Assembly (NCBI GenBank): GCA_950097015.1
Contig: CATNEN010000037.1
Coordinates: 186,001 to 250,000 of the forward strand
Length of the DNA: 64,000 nucleotides
Direction of reading: 5' to 3'
DNA from: Macrostomum hystrix
Lineage: Eukaryota; Animalia; Platyhelminthes
In this document: positions 13,112 to 25,999 of the stretch, piece by piece
How the letters are laid out: each line of letters opens with the position of its first letter
How positions within the stretch are numbered: position 1 is the first letter of the stretch
Program-made: the position numbers and the translations under genes
Notes under the pieces: generated by a model
What the model was told of the DNA's origin: nothing
Databases searched by the model: none
The model's input: the letters and a program-made list of their open reading frames with translations, nothing else

Positions 13112-13492
13112 TCAGGCAAAACATTTGTCAGCATTGCGCAGCAGTGCATCCCGGTGCTTCTCTCTCAGATGGAGCAGAAACTCTGGTGCCAATCCGTAGA
13201 ACTGACAGTCTGCCGCCGGACATTGAATTGGCCGCTTTTCGCAGCCCGACTCGTGAACACGGATCTCGCCGCGCGGTCCGCGCCGATCGCAGTGGGGACA
13301 CTTGAAGGGCAGGCTGTCAACCATGCGGCGAGCCAGGGCGCTGGCCTCGGCTCGCACTGGCTCGTGTCGGCACTGGGCGCAGCGGTCAACCCGGGCGATG
13401 CAGGCGCGACAATAGACCTGATGACAGCAGGTGGTCTCGACCGCCTCATCGGCCACTTCGAGGCAGATGCCACATTTGAGCCAAGCTTCCAT
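13112..13492 (-). CDS. Small RING-HC + TRAF/SINA-type zinc-finger protein (putative E3 ligase), 126 aa, single coding exon
   Basis: CGIC..TCCHQVYCRAC..CAQCR RING; CPHC..HESGC and CPAADC..HLREKH zinc fingers; GC-rich coding signature. Confidence 0.8.
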   Translation of the reverse strand: MEAWLKCGICLEVADEAVETTCCHQVYCRACIARVDRCAQCRHEPVRAEASALARRMVDSLPFKCPHCDRRGPRGEIRVHESGCEKRPIQCPAADCQFYGLAPEFLLHLREKHRDALLRNADKCFA

Positions 13493-14684
13493 GCTAGTCC
13501 TATTATACTAAATTTAGTTTACTCAAGCTCAGAGCAATGCCGATTTTAGTTCGTGAGCCTGTGTTATATATTTGGGTTGGTCTTATCTATAGTTTGGTCT
13601 TGAAGGTGTCCAGCGCAGACAAAAATATTGAGAGGAAGGCGGGGTGGGAGTGGACGTGCCGCCCATATTAGGCAGAGAATGTACACTTTGCTAATGAGGG
13701 GAGGTTGGCTTATATTTAATGTACATTAAATTCCTCCCCGTGGGTCATCGCAGCCGACACGAGGGTAAAAGCACTGGGTGCAATAGGAGAATGGCAGGAA
13801 GGATGGTAGGGTTTAAATGTTCAGCCAGCTAAATGTACATTTACGCTAAGCTAGCGAAAGAAGACAAATTGACAAAACTTTGAACAACAATATCTCGGCA
13901 ACTAGAGAAGCGATTGACAAGCGGTTAACTGCAGATTGTTTATGATTTATTCCTCTACAATCTAGTCAAATTTCATGCGTTAGTTTTAGCTATTTTGGTA
14001 CAAAACGGCCTAGAAAATTGTGGGTTTTACCTAAATTGAGCATTTCTTATAGGGCAGAGAATGTACACTTGTTATGGAGTGGAGGTTGGCTTATATTTAA
14101 TGTGAATTAAACTCCACACCCGTGAGCGTCTTCTCTTCAACCATTTAAACGAATACGTCGAGATGAGTAGAATGAGTCCTTTTTCAGCTTTCCAGTTATT
14201 TTAATAGGGCGGATGAAATTCCGTAGAAATTTCTGAATAAGCCAACTATAGCTGCTACATTTTGCGGCTTGGTTTAACAAAATCCTTCTAAATGAAAATA
14301 CTCGTATAACCATTTTGGAACTCTGAAGAGGAAACTCATGAAACTAGTACGAATACAGAAGAACTTGGAACTTCAGGCAGGGAGCTGATGCGCACAGTTC
14401 TGAAATACTTTTCAAACCGAAGTTAAAATCCTACTTTCCTACTTATACAAAAAGTTAGTAGAATGCTTCGGAAATTTCTTTACTGGTCTTAGAGAAAGAC
14501 ACCTTATTCCCACAGTAACTGGTGGGAATAGAAACCATGAGGAAAAACAATAATGGGAAATGGTAATAAATAGCGATTTATTCTTGTGATAGAGTTGATT
14601 GGGTGGCTTCAGAAAACCAGGGTGGTTTTTTGGTACGTAGTAGTGGTAGTCGAAGGCAGTAGTACGTAGTTCATGGAGAGGGTA

Positions 14685-15725
14685 GTTTCAGGGTGAGGGT
14701 AGGTTCAGGAAGAGGGTAGGTTCAGGGAGTGGGTAGGTTCAGGAAGAGGGTAGATTCAGGGAGTGGGTAGGTTCAGGAAGAGGGTAGATTCAGGGAGTGG
14801 GTAAGTTCAGGAACAGGGTAGTTTCAGGGTGAGGGTAGATTCAGGGAGTGGGTAGGTTCAGGAAAAGGGTAGTTTCAGGGAGTGGGTAGGTTCAGGAAAA
14901 GGGTAGTTTCAGGGAGTGGGTAGGTTCAGGAAAAGGGTAGTTTCAGGGTGAGGGTAGGTTCAGGAACAGGGTAGGTTCAGGAACAGGGTAGGTTCAGGAA
15001 AAGGGTAGTTTCAGGGTGAGGGTAGGTTCAGGAACAGGGTAGGTTCAGGAACAGGGTAGGTTCAGGAAAAGGGTAGTTTCAGGGAGTGGGTAGGTTCAGG
15101 AAGAGGGTAGTTTCAGGGAGTGGGTAGGTTCAGGAAGAGGGTAGATTCAGGGAGTGGGTAGGTTCAGGAAAAGGGTAGTTTCAGGGAGTGGGTAGGTTCA
15201 GGAAGGGGGTAGTTTCAGGGAGTGGGTAGGTTCAGGAAAAGGGTAGTTTGAGGACGAGGGTAGGTTCAGGAAGAGGGTAGTTTCAGAGAGTGCGTAGGTT
15301 CAGGAAGAGGGTAGATTCAGGGAGTGGGTCGATTCAGGAAGAGGGTAGGTTCAGGAAGCGGGTCGATTCAGGAAGAGGGTAGGTTCAGGAAGCGGGTAGT
15401 TTCAGGGAGTGGGTAGGTTCAGGAAGAGGGTAGATTCAGGAAGAGGGTAGGTTCAGGAAGCGGGTCGATTCAGGAAGAGGGTAGGTTCAGGAAGCGGGTA
15501 GTTTCAGGGAGTGGGTAGATTCAGGAAGAGGGTAGATTCAGGAAGAGGGTAGGTTCAGGAAGCGGGTAGTTTCAGGGAGTGGGTAGGTTCAGGGAGTGGG
15601 TAGTTTCAGGAAGAGGGTTCGTTCAGGAAGAGGGTAGTTTTTTCAGGAGTAGGTAGGTTCAGGAGGATCTGTGATCTGTGGGTAGTTTTAGTAGGAGGGT
15701 AGTTTCAGGAAGAGGGTAGATTCAG
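14685..15725. repeat. 17-bp G-rich minisatellite (GGGTAGGTTCAGGAAGA / GGGTAGTTTCAGGGAGT)n
   Basis: Direct reading. Confidence 0.9.
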
Positions 15726-16111
15726 CGAGATTTCAGGTTTTTGTGGCGGCCTCCACAGTCCACGGACTAAACAGCTGTACATAGTCTTTGGAAGCGCGCA
15801 CGCAATAGTTTCTGCTGTCACAGGCTGTACATCTGGCCAAAAGCTGGGTTAGGTGTACAAGCGTAATGCTCGATATGATATATTTCATTGTTTGGACTTT
15901 GTTTAAACAAAAACGGTTTACCAAAGCGACTGGCGCTGACAATGGAACTATGCTGACTAGACAGTTAAAATTCCGCATAGTTACGTATCACTAGGCACAA
16001 AAATCATGTTGTTGTGAGAAGTTAAAAAAATTAAAGTTTAACAAGCTACTTCTGTACACAGGGGTTTAGGGAGCATTTTAGGCTTGTTTTTGGACTTTGT
16101 ACTCTTGAAAT

Positions 16112-19100
16112 TCAGACATCGCTGACGTGGTCGTACGGTATCCGCGCCTGCTTCCTATTGCCGGCCGCAGCAGCAGCAGCATCAGCGTGCTGCTGGGGCA
16201 ATATGGTTCGCGCGTTCAGCTGGGTGTAGCCCGCCGGCTGCGGCTGCATCATCGGCTGATGCCGGCGTTGCAACTGCGGCGATCCGGGACCAGTCAGCTG
16301 GCGAGGCACGCTGACGTAGGTGCAGCCGCCCGCCTGTCTCTGCAGCTGCCTAGACATAGTCGACGCCGCGAAGGCGACATCGGGAGCGCCGCACTGGCGC
16401 AGGTCCGTGTCCGACTGGCAGTGCGTGGAACGAATGTGCGCCGGGATCGCGTCCAGGCCGCCGACTCCCAGCTTGGCCAGGTCGGCACCGCTGGACATTG
16501 CCATCATGTGCTGCGTCGGCGCTACGTCGCCATCGCACTTCTCGTATTGCTGCTGCTGGAGTGTCTGAGCTCGTCTTTGATGCTGCCGACGATTTTTAGT
16601 CATTGCTAGTGGCTGTGGTTGTGCAATTGAAAAGGCTAGTTTTTGAAATTTATAAAATAGACCAACTCTTTGGTTAACCAACTTGCACCCCTTGGGGCCA
16701 ATCCCCGGGGCACACTTCTGACAAAAGAAAACTCGAGGCAGATGTACACACCTGTGGAAGTGTGCGTCGTTGGTTTAGACCAGGGGTCGGCAAACTTATT
16801 AGCTAGTGGGCCAAAAAGAGAACCTAAAAGACGGCAGCGGGCCGCATTGACTGTAGAAAGATGAGATAGGGGAGAGATGAGGCACGGGAGAGACGCGACT
16901 GAGGAGAAACGAGACTGAGGAGAGATGAGACATGGGAGAGACGAGACTGAGGAGAGATGAGACATGGGAGAGACGAGACTGAGGAGAGATGAGACAGCGG
17001 AGAGATGAAACACGGGAGAGACGAGACTGAGGAGAGATGAGGCATGGGAGAGATGAGACATGGGAGAGATGAGACTGAGGAGAGATGAGACAGGGGAGAG
17101 ATGAGACAGCGGAGAGATGAGACACGGAAGAGACGAGACAGGGGAAAGATGAGACAGGGGAAAGATGAAACAGGGGAAAGATGAAACAGGGGAGAGATGA
17201 AACAGGGGAAAGATGAAACAGGGGAAAGATGAAACAGGGAAAGATGAAACAGGGGAAAGATTAAAGAGGATACTGTAGGTGTCGGAAGGGGCAACGGGCC
17301 GGATTTGGGAGCTTCGAGGGCCGCATCTGGCCCGCGGGCCGGAGTTTGCCGACCCCTGGTTTAGACAGTAGAAAGACCTGCACGCTATTTTCCCCTGGGG
17401 AAAGACCATGGGGTATTTAAAATACCCGCTACATACTTCACGATAAGTCCCACTGATGACCGATTTTTCGTGAAAGTCCACCTCATGAAACAAACTTTCC
17501 GCCCCTTGCGATGAACTTATGTTCAGCGATTCAGCTGTTCATGAAGGGACCAGCCTCTAACTTACAATCGACTGCGCCGGGTAGCCAGCGGGTTCAAGTC
17601 GACCAGTGATCGGCTGAGTCTTCAGCGTCAGAGACTCGTAGGCTCGCGGATCCATCTTGGTCAACTCGGCCGGATCGGCTGCGGTGAGCGGGATGCAGGG
17701 GATCATGAAGGCTTGTTGCTCGCAACCTCATCCCTATATCACACATTCTATATTATAGATTCCTCCATCTCGAACCCTAGACTGCACATCCCTCCATCTC
17801 GAACCCTAGACTACGCATCCCTACATCTCGAAGCCTAGACTGCACATCCCTCCATCTCGAAGCCTAGACTGCACATCCCTCCATCTCGAACCCTAGACTG
17901 CACATCCCTCCATCTCGAACCCTAGACTACACATCCCTCCATCTCGAAGCCTAGACTGCACATCCCTCCATCTCGAACCCTAGACTACGCATCCCTCCAT
18001 CTCGAAGCCTAGACTGCACATCCCTCCATCTCGAACCCTAGACTACACATCCCTACATCTCGAACCCTAGACTACACATCCCTACATCTCAAACCCTAGA
18101 CTACGCATCCCTCCATCTCGAACCCTAGACTACGCATCCCTCCATCTCGAACCCTAGACTACGCATCCCTACATCTCGATGCCTACATCACTAGACGTGC
18201 ATATTATTTTAACAGAAATGAATCGTTATATCCACTATTTACTATAAGGCTGAAGAGCAAATGTCCCAGTCATTTAGTTAGATAATCTGTCATTAGGCCA
18301 GCGCACATCAAAGGCCTCTCTCAACCCTGCAGAGACAAGGCCAAATCAGAAAGGCGGACCTGCATAATGCGGGATTTTTTTATTTAGACACCTGAGCCGT
18401 AATTAAAGGCCGGAGTGAGACTAGGACTCATGCGACAGCTGCTCCGTGGGTGTGAAAATTGCGTGTTTGAAGGGGAGTCGCGCTAAAAAAGCGGAGGCGA
18501 GAGTGGCGATGGGTATCTGATGAGCTTCTCTCTTTAACTTTGCTCTGAGATGATTCAAAAATCGCAGTTCTACGCTAGTATAGTCAGCGCTTTGTTACAA
18601 CCTGTTGATGCTTGTCCCCCATCCCGAATTCGCCAACAAAAGCATCACTCCAGCTGGTGGCAATTAGTGAAGCCATACTTTACCTACATTGAAAAGGGAT
18701 TTATTTGTGACGCAAGAGGACTTAGAATGGAGAGGCAAATGTGCCATTGCGCACAATGAGACTCCAAACCACTCAAGCGACGCCCTGGGCTGCTATTGTT
18801 AGCTGACAGGCTAAGCTAGAACAATTGGCGCCTGAAATCAAGTCACAATGCGAGACACCCAGGGTGAGGATACAGGTAGGGGAATAAGTGAAAAATAGGG
18901 GAAAATGGGAGAATCCGACGCTGCTCAGTCGAGTGTGTCGGAGTGTCAGAGCCCACCTATTCCATCTGTGAAAGCAAAAAATCAATCTTAGGAAGCTGCA
19001 TGGGTTCAACAAAGAAAGAAATGAGAGTAGAAAATGCTTCTGCTTGTTGTTAGCAGCGAAACCAAAGAACCTGCTCAGAGACTGACTGACAGCGAGGTGA

Positions 19101-22100
19101 GATATTGCGAAAAACACTGCGCGTTATTAAAATCCACCATAGCGGAAGAAGATCTTAATTGCTTCAAAGCCGCGTCTGTTTCATTTTGACAGACGACCTC
19201 CCCCTTCGGTCAGAAAAGTGAAACGCGACACTGACTTTGCCGCGCTCAAATCAAATCTAAAGAAGACATGCTAGCAAAAAAATTGATTATTTACAACGGA
19301 CAGAAGACGCGCAGATGCTGGGCGGAATCGGGTTTCCTCCACCTGGGTTTTCTTCATCAACGTGATGAAAAAACGCGGGTGCGTTTTTCCCTTTACCAAA
19401 GGCACCTGGTCATGTTTTGCTACGTGCGGCTGCTTCCTCACACAATGGCTCCTCCACTTTCTCACACTCTCTCACTCCAGCCTTTATGTAGATTGAGCAA
19501 GGCAGACTTGTGCATGAGTCAGTAGTCTAGCCCTGATTGAAACCTCCTTGAAGCAATTTGTGGGGAATTTTTTCAAGCATCGGACAACCGCTCTCCTCTG
19601 TCGCTGGTTGTGTTAAGAAGATTTCGGCGACATCAAAAGAGGGCGAAAACAGCTTCGCTGCGGTGCACTTTAAGGCCAGAGTGTCACCAATCAGCTAAGC
19701 TCAATGAACAAATTGAATATGAGCTCACCGAATACTCCAGATTGAGATGCTGTCTCCGCTCGTCGCTTGACGATGAGGAACGCAATCGATAGAATGAGAA
19801 TGAGCAGCACCAGAATGGCCAGTCCGGACACCAGCAGCAGCGCCGGCCCGGACACTTCAGAGGAGCCTCGACCAATGTCTCTGTGTCCGCCGCCTGGCTG
19901 CGATGGAGGATGCGGCCGCGCCGCCGCTGAAGTTGTTGAAGACGACGATGAAGAGTCGTTCTCAACGGCCACCTGCAGTAGGGTGTCGCGCTTTAGCTGC
20001 CGGTCGCGCCCGGCGTCGGAGGCCTCGATGCGCAGGACGAAAAGCCGGCCAGCGAAGGGCCGGAGATTGGCGCGAACCAGGAGGTTACCGGTCAGCGGCT
20101 CCAACTCGAAGTGCTCGCTGTCGTCTGGCGCCGAAGAGCCACCAGTAGCTGCGGACGTCGGTAGCAGCCGGTAGGTCACGTTGCCATTCTCGTCAGCGTC
20201 GTCGTCACGGGCGGCGATTCTCGCCACAAGGCTGCGTGGTGCCAGGGCGCTGCTGATGTTCACCTGGACACGTAGGGACAGTTTTAATTAACTATATCAA
20301 CTGTGCCTTGTGGGTCAGGCGACATGGGCATCTTGGCTGTTCCCCAGGTTAGGGGTATCTCTTGGACGTCTAAGAAGATTTTAGACTCGAGGTCAACTGG
20401 TTCGAGAACTAGGTGCAATGTAACATTACTGTCCCTAAGAAATTTCCTATCTAAGAAAATTGGGCCTGGTTTTGTATGTGAGCAGCTCAATTACTGATTC
20501 ATTTCTCTCTCATGTGGGTGGGGCAAGCTAACCTCTGTGTCCGTCTGTTATGGATTTTTGTTATACATAAAAATTCTCTAAGGGAAAGATTAAAATCTAT
20601 TTCTACGTTAACAATGCTGCTTTAGGGAAAAACGACGTAGAATTGATTCCTAAGCAATCCAGTGTACTGATAATTTACCCGATTGACCCTGCGCTCCGGA
20701 TCAGGGAAGATGAACCTTGGCGGCGTGTCGTTCACGTCGCCGACCTCGACGGTCAGGTAGAAGACGCTCGAGCGCGCCGGATGCACGCCGTCACTGACGC
20801 CGATGCGCAAGTGGTACTCCTTCTCCAGCTCGCGATCCAGAACGTCTCTGAGCGTCAGGCGGCCCAGCGAGTCGATCTGAAACTTGCTGGCGCCTCCGCC
20901 GATTCGGTTCCTCTGTCCGCCGACGCTCGTGCTGTCGTCGCTGGTCAGGATGAAGTTGAACTCTCGCCTGACGGGCTCGTCCGCGTCTGTAACATTCAGC
21001 GCAATGACCAGGGTACCGCGAGGCGCGTCCTCCTGCACCTGTATCCGGCGCGGAGTCGCCAAGTCAAACACCGGATTGTTATCGTTGACGTCAAGTATGG
21101 TCAAAACAACGGAGGCCGTGGCTGAGTAGTGCGGCTCGACTGTGTTATAGGCAACAACCTGGAAGGTGTAGCCCTCGCCCTCCTCTCGATCGAACACTCG
21201 ATTAGTCACCAGGCGGCCTGTGCTGGGGTAGATGCGGACATCCGTGAAGGTCGGTGGCTCGATTCTGTACTGAATGGCGTCGTTCGGTGGAGCATCTGCG
21301 TCCTCGGCCTGCAAGGAACCGATGGTCGTTCCCTCCGGCTGGTTCTCTTGGACGCTGAACGCGAATTCAGTGCGCCGCCACACCGGTGGAGAGTCGTTGG
21401 CGTCCTCGACCTCTACGCGAACGATTGCCTCGGTGCGCCGCGGAGGGCTGCCGTGGTCGCTGCACTCTAGCCGCACAATGTGCACAGCCTGTGTCTCGCG
21501 ATCAAAGGTGCGCACAGCATACAGGTGATAACTGGCTGCTCTACTGCTGCCCATTTGCTTCATGTATTGGAGCCCAAAAGATGCCTGCTGCTGTTGCTGC
21601 TGCTGCCGCTGCTGCGGCTCGTTGACCAGGCGGCATTCCACTCTGCCGTTGTCACCTGAGTCCTGGTCTGAGACTAGCACTGTGGCGATCACACGGGCAG
21701 TGTAGGCCACATTCTCTAGCACCCTCACAGACGATGTCTGGCTGCCGAATCCGATGACGCGCACTATTGGGCTATGATTGTTGACGTCAATCACCCTGAC
21801 CTGGTTTGCATGGTGAGTCTTTGTTGCTTCAGTATGCGCGGCAAAAAAATGAAATAATTTAATGTGCATGCGAACAGAAACTAACCTCGACTTCCATCTC
21901 GCTTGACCTGCGGGGCGATCCGTAGTCAAAGGCAGTAACCAGCAGTTCGTATGTGTTTTCCTCACCCCGCCTGTACAGTAGCCGGCCGTTGAGGGTCACA
22001 CGGCCAGAGAATTGGTCAATGCCGAACAGGCCGACTGGGTAGGGCCGACGTTGACCGGAACGCAGAGTGTATCCTACGCGGCCGTTCTGCCCAATGTCCC

Positions 22101-22992
22101 GGTCCACTGCCAGCACGGAAAACACAACTGAGTGCGGCCTGGCGTCCTCATCGAGACTTACGGTTAGACGTGAGCCATTGAGGAACTCCGGGCTGCAGTC
22201 GTTGACGTCATCGATGCTGACGTTGATGAAAGTGACGCCGACATTCCGGTCGCCATCCTCGGCCAGCAGCTGGAAGCCGTAGGAGGCGCGGCTCTCCCGA
22301 TCCAGCGGCTCTCGGTTGACCAGTTCGAGCGCGCGAACAGCGTCCGGGAAGGCGAGGCCGCCTCGATCATCTCTCACCTGGCGCAGCTCGAACTGCTCAG
22401 CGCCGCTGCCTAGCCGATAGGCCACCACACCGTTGCGTCCCCAGTCTGCGTCATGCGCAGTAGGCAGCGCTACGGAGACGCCCGCTCGGTCTGTCTCCTT
22501 GAAACGTACTTCGCTGCGACTGCGCTGAAACACTGGCTTGTTGTCGTTAAGATCAACCAGCTGGATGTTAAGCGTCAGTGCCAGGAAGCGCCTGTTTATT
22601 ACAGTGGTGGCCGCAGCGTCATACCTGAGGTCGCACACAGCTAATTGGTCCATCTGGCGCATGTCCTTCTCGCAGCAGAGGCCCCGACTGTCGCATAGGC
22701 TGTCCCGGTCGATGCGGCCGGCGGTAGTCAGAGTGCCATCTTCGGCCAGGCGAAACAGCGGCGCCACCGGGTCGTCAGGCAGGTAGGGACGCACGCTGAC
22801 ATTGGCCAGTTCCTCCGGATGCAGATCCCTGCGGAGCAGCTCCTTGAGGTTAGCCACAAAGTAGCCCGTCTCGCGCTCCTCCTGCAGCTGGCAGAAGCGT
22901 TCGACTGTCTGTGGAGAACTGCCGACCGCCTTAGCCAGGAGGGCTGCCATCAGTGCTGGCAGGCAGACTGATAGAAGACAGGCGAAGGCCAT
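16112..22992 (-). CDS. Protocadherin with signal peptide, 7 cadherin repeats, TM helix and cytoplasmic tail; exons 22992-21886, 21800-20679, 20263-19729, about 17726-17566, about 16582-16112; about 1130 aa
   Basis: Seven EC repeats with xE, DRE and DxNDxxP-type linkers (DLNDNKP, DVNDCSP, DVNNHSP, DANDSPP, DVNDNNP, DVNDTPP); TM LLLVSGLAILVLLILILSIAFLIV followed by KRR. First three exons have clean splice sites; acceptors of the last two are uncertain. Confidence 0.88.
16781..17358. mobile_element. Non-autonomous hAT (Charlie-like) MITE carrying an internal 16-bp purine minisatellite
   Basis: Perfect 16-bp TIR CAGGGGTCGGCAAACT (16781-16796) / AGTTTGCCGACCCCTG (17343-17358); 8-bp TSD GTTTAGAC at 16773-16780 and 17359-17366; subterminal GGCCCGCGGGCC motif. 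Confidence 0.92.
17762..18185. repeat. 29-bp minisatellite (CTCCATCTCGAACCCTAGACTGCACATCC)n in a protocadherin intron
   Basis: Period 29 (17763 to 17792). Confidence 0.9.
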
Positions 22993-24007
22993 TCTCAGCG
23001 TCTGATGCCTCTGCTATGTAGAGTATTTATAGAAGTGAGCAAAGTAGGTGGGAAGAAACTCATGATCAAGTATTTAAGAGGCCTAGCCACTCTCCTTCAG
23101 TTAGTCTCCTCCCAGTCCGGTCCAGTCTGCGCTGGCGATCAAAAGGAAGAGATTGGATGCGCGCGAGGGAGAAAGAGAGAGATTGAGAGCGCCAACAAAA
23201 CACCCTCCTGGTATTGCGTGAGTAAACAGTAGCAGCTTGTAAAATTTCCCGCCTGAAATTAAAGGCAAACAAGAGCGAAAAAGAGTGCGATAGATGGGAA
23301 GCTTGCGTGGAGGGATGCAGCAGTGCCTGAGCAGCGACGCGGCCCACCCTGAGGGCACGGGGAGGGATCAGCGGCTTGGAGGAATTGGCCACCCCGGCCC
23401 TATTCCTCCACCCAGTCACACAGGCACACGCGGCGATTCTCCCAACGGTTTTCCACAGCAAGCCCGCTCGAGGGCCAATTCCTTCTTTGAGGTGGGTGGT
23501 TCGGTAGACTCCGAGAGGCGCGAAAGTCTCAGCTCTCTATATTTTCCCTTGCCCGCGAACAGCCAGCGGGCAGGCAAACAAATGCCCAGATGATGATTCA
23601 AGTCGATTAGGGAGTACCATCCACCCCACACACAGCCAGTCCAACAGCTTTATTTGCTAGCCACAGCCAGAAGTCTTGGACAAAGATCGGGTTGGTTGGA
23701 TGAGAAACATGATTTACAGCCGAGCTGTGCGAGTCGGAGTTACCAAAGTGTCCACACTTTATTTAGTGTTCACGCCCCTGGGAAAGGGAGATTGATCTCA
23801 TCTGCTGCCCTACTTCTGCTATCAACTTTTATGCGACCGATGAGTCGGAAAAATAAAATTGAAGAGTTTGAGCATGAAAATATGCAAATTTATTCCGAAC
23901 TAACTGGGCCTGTCCAAATTGGCATTGCTTTCTTGGAAAAAGCTTGGCAGCAATGGGCAAAGGCTATAAAAGAGAAGTTTTGTGTGCCGAGTTCTATTCC
24001 ATTTATA

Positions 24008-24528
24008 ACTCGGGAGAGATGAGACTTGGGAGAGATGAGACACGTGAGGGATGAGACTCGAGAGAGTTGAGACTTGGGAGAGATGAGACTCGGGAGAGAT
24101 GAGATACGGGAGAGATGGGGAGAGATGAGACACGGGAGAGATGAGACACGGGAGAGATGAGACTCGGGAGAGATGAGACACGGGAGGGATGAGACTCGGG
24201 AGGGATGAGACTCGGGAGGGATGAGACTCGGGAGGGATGAGACTCGGGAGAGATGAGACACGGGAGGGATGAGACACGAGAGAGATGAGACACGGGAGGG
24301 ATGAGACTCGGGAGAGATGAGACACGGGAGAGATGAGACTCGGGAGAGATGAGACACGGGAGAGATGAGACACGGGAGAGATGAGACACGGGAGAGATGA
24401 GACACGAGAGAGATGAGACACGGAAGAGATGAGACACGAGAGAAGACGAGACAGTGGAGAGATGAGACACGCGAGAGATGAGACACGAGAGAGATGAGAC
24501 ACGGGAGGGATGAGACTCGGGAGAGATG
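24008..24528. repeat. 16-bp purine minisatellite (GGGAGAGATGAGAC[A/T]C)n, related to the array inside the hAT MITE
   Basis: Direct reading; no TIRs seen at its ends. Confidence 0.9.
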
Positions 24529-25081
24529 CCTAAACGGCAATAGGGTTATTATTCAGATCCTAGGTCTCATGCAGTTAATGTTAATCATTCAAATCTATAT
24601 AATTGTGCTCTGCATGCTTTGTGTGTAGAAAAAAAGCAAAAATTGTTGAACAAACACTGACGACACTGTCGAAAATGGTTGTCAACACCGCTAATGGATG
24701 CGACACGGAGCCTAAATACACGCCTAGCCACTGCAGCTGTGCGCCCAGAGTCCAGAGTAATTCAATGACGCCCTTCTCTAGGGAGCTCAGCCAGCTAATA
24801 TAACAAATGACCAGACTTCTCTAAGCTGGGCATGCGATCCGGGCGCGACAATTGCTTAAGTGTTTGCCTGGCGTCATCAACTCTGCCTAGTGTGGGAAGC
24901 CAGTCAGTAAGGGTGAGAGACCAGAAGAGAGTAAAAGCTGGCTAATACATTATGCGCGGGTCTCCGCCCTCTCGGGTTGGAATTTTTTTCTAAAACGTGG
25001 AACAAAAAAATGGCTTGCACCAGTTGAGAGCAAGCACCGCGCTGTTCCCAACCCGTTGACTCGATGGCTTTCTGAAGCGTG

Positions 25082-25276
25082 GCAGCAGCAGCAGCAGCAG
25101 CATCATCATCATCAGCAGCAGCAGCAGCAGCATCAGCAGCAGCATCATCATCATCATCTGCAGCAGCAGCAGCAACATCAGCAGCAGCATCATCATCATC
25201 AGCAGCAGCAGCAGCAGCAATATCAGCAGCAGCATCATCATCATCATCTGCAGCAGCAGCACAACATCAGCAGCAT

Positions 25277-25328
<52 letters not shown>
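25082..25328. repeat. (CAG/CAT)n microsatellite; resumes at 26000-26045 after the LINE insertion
   Basis: Direct reading. Confidence 0.9.
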
Positions 25329-25999
25329 TTTCTGCCACAATGAAGCGGCCCCCGGGCCCAAAAGCATCGCCGTCCTGAGCGACAGCCTTAGCGCGCTGTC
25401 TGCCCTCGAACAAGGACCGCTCAGCCAGTCGACCACGGTGGGGGAAGCTTGCTGGAGCATCATCACCGCCAGCGAAGCTTCTTTCGCCTTCATCTGGGTC
25501 CCCGGCCACGCCGGCATCGACGGCAACGACGCTGCGCACGCGGCAGCCGCCGAAGCCGCAGCCCAGGACCAAGCCAACTCTGCAATCAGCCTGTCGGCAG
25601 CCCGCGCTGCAATTCGCCGCGGACGCCAGGAACCTTGGATATCAGATCCTTGGGCCGCCGCTCCGCCCCACTGACCCTGGTCGATCGACACTCGAGTTCG
25701 TTACGATCAACCAACTCCGAGCCGGGGTCAGCACCATCTGTGGCGTAACGCGGCAACGACTTGGCCTGCAGGACGACGACATCTGCCGAGACTGCGGCGC
25801 CACAGACACCACGGGCCACGTCCTGCACCACTGCCCTAGGGGCGACGCGGTCCGTCACCGCATCTTCGGCACTGACGACCCCCTGACCGGACCTGCCGGG
25901 AAGATTTTTGCCTACCTCCGCGACATGGGGCGCTGGCCCCCGCCAATATTAGCGCCGATGCGCTACCGGCGAGCTGAGTAATAGAAGAAGAAGAAGAAG
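25329..25999 (+). mobile_element. 5'-truncated non-LTR retrotransposon 3' end (I/R1/Ingi-like): RNase H, CCHC zinc knuckle, (GAA)n tail; one frameshift
   Basis: RNase H motifs SDSLSALSAL and WVPGHAGIDGNDAAH; shifted frame QLRAG..CRDCGATDTTGHVLHHCP; ends TAATA(GAA)6. Confidence 0.85.

Noticed and set aside
16799-17493. Hydrophobic LISPLSHLS-repeat ORFs (also 23890-24540)
   Set aside because: Antisense translations of the 16-bp purine minisatellite.
24990-25378. Poly-Q/His/Ala/Leu ORFs
   Set aside because: Frames of a CAG/CAT microsatellite abutting a LINE fragment.
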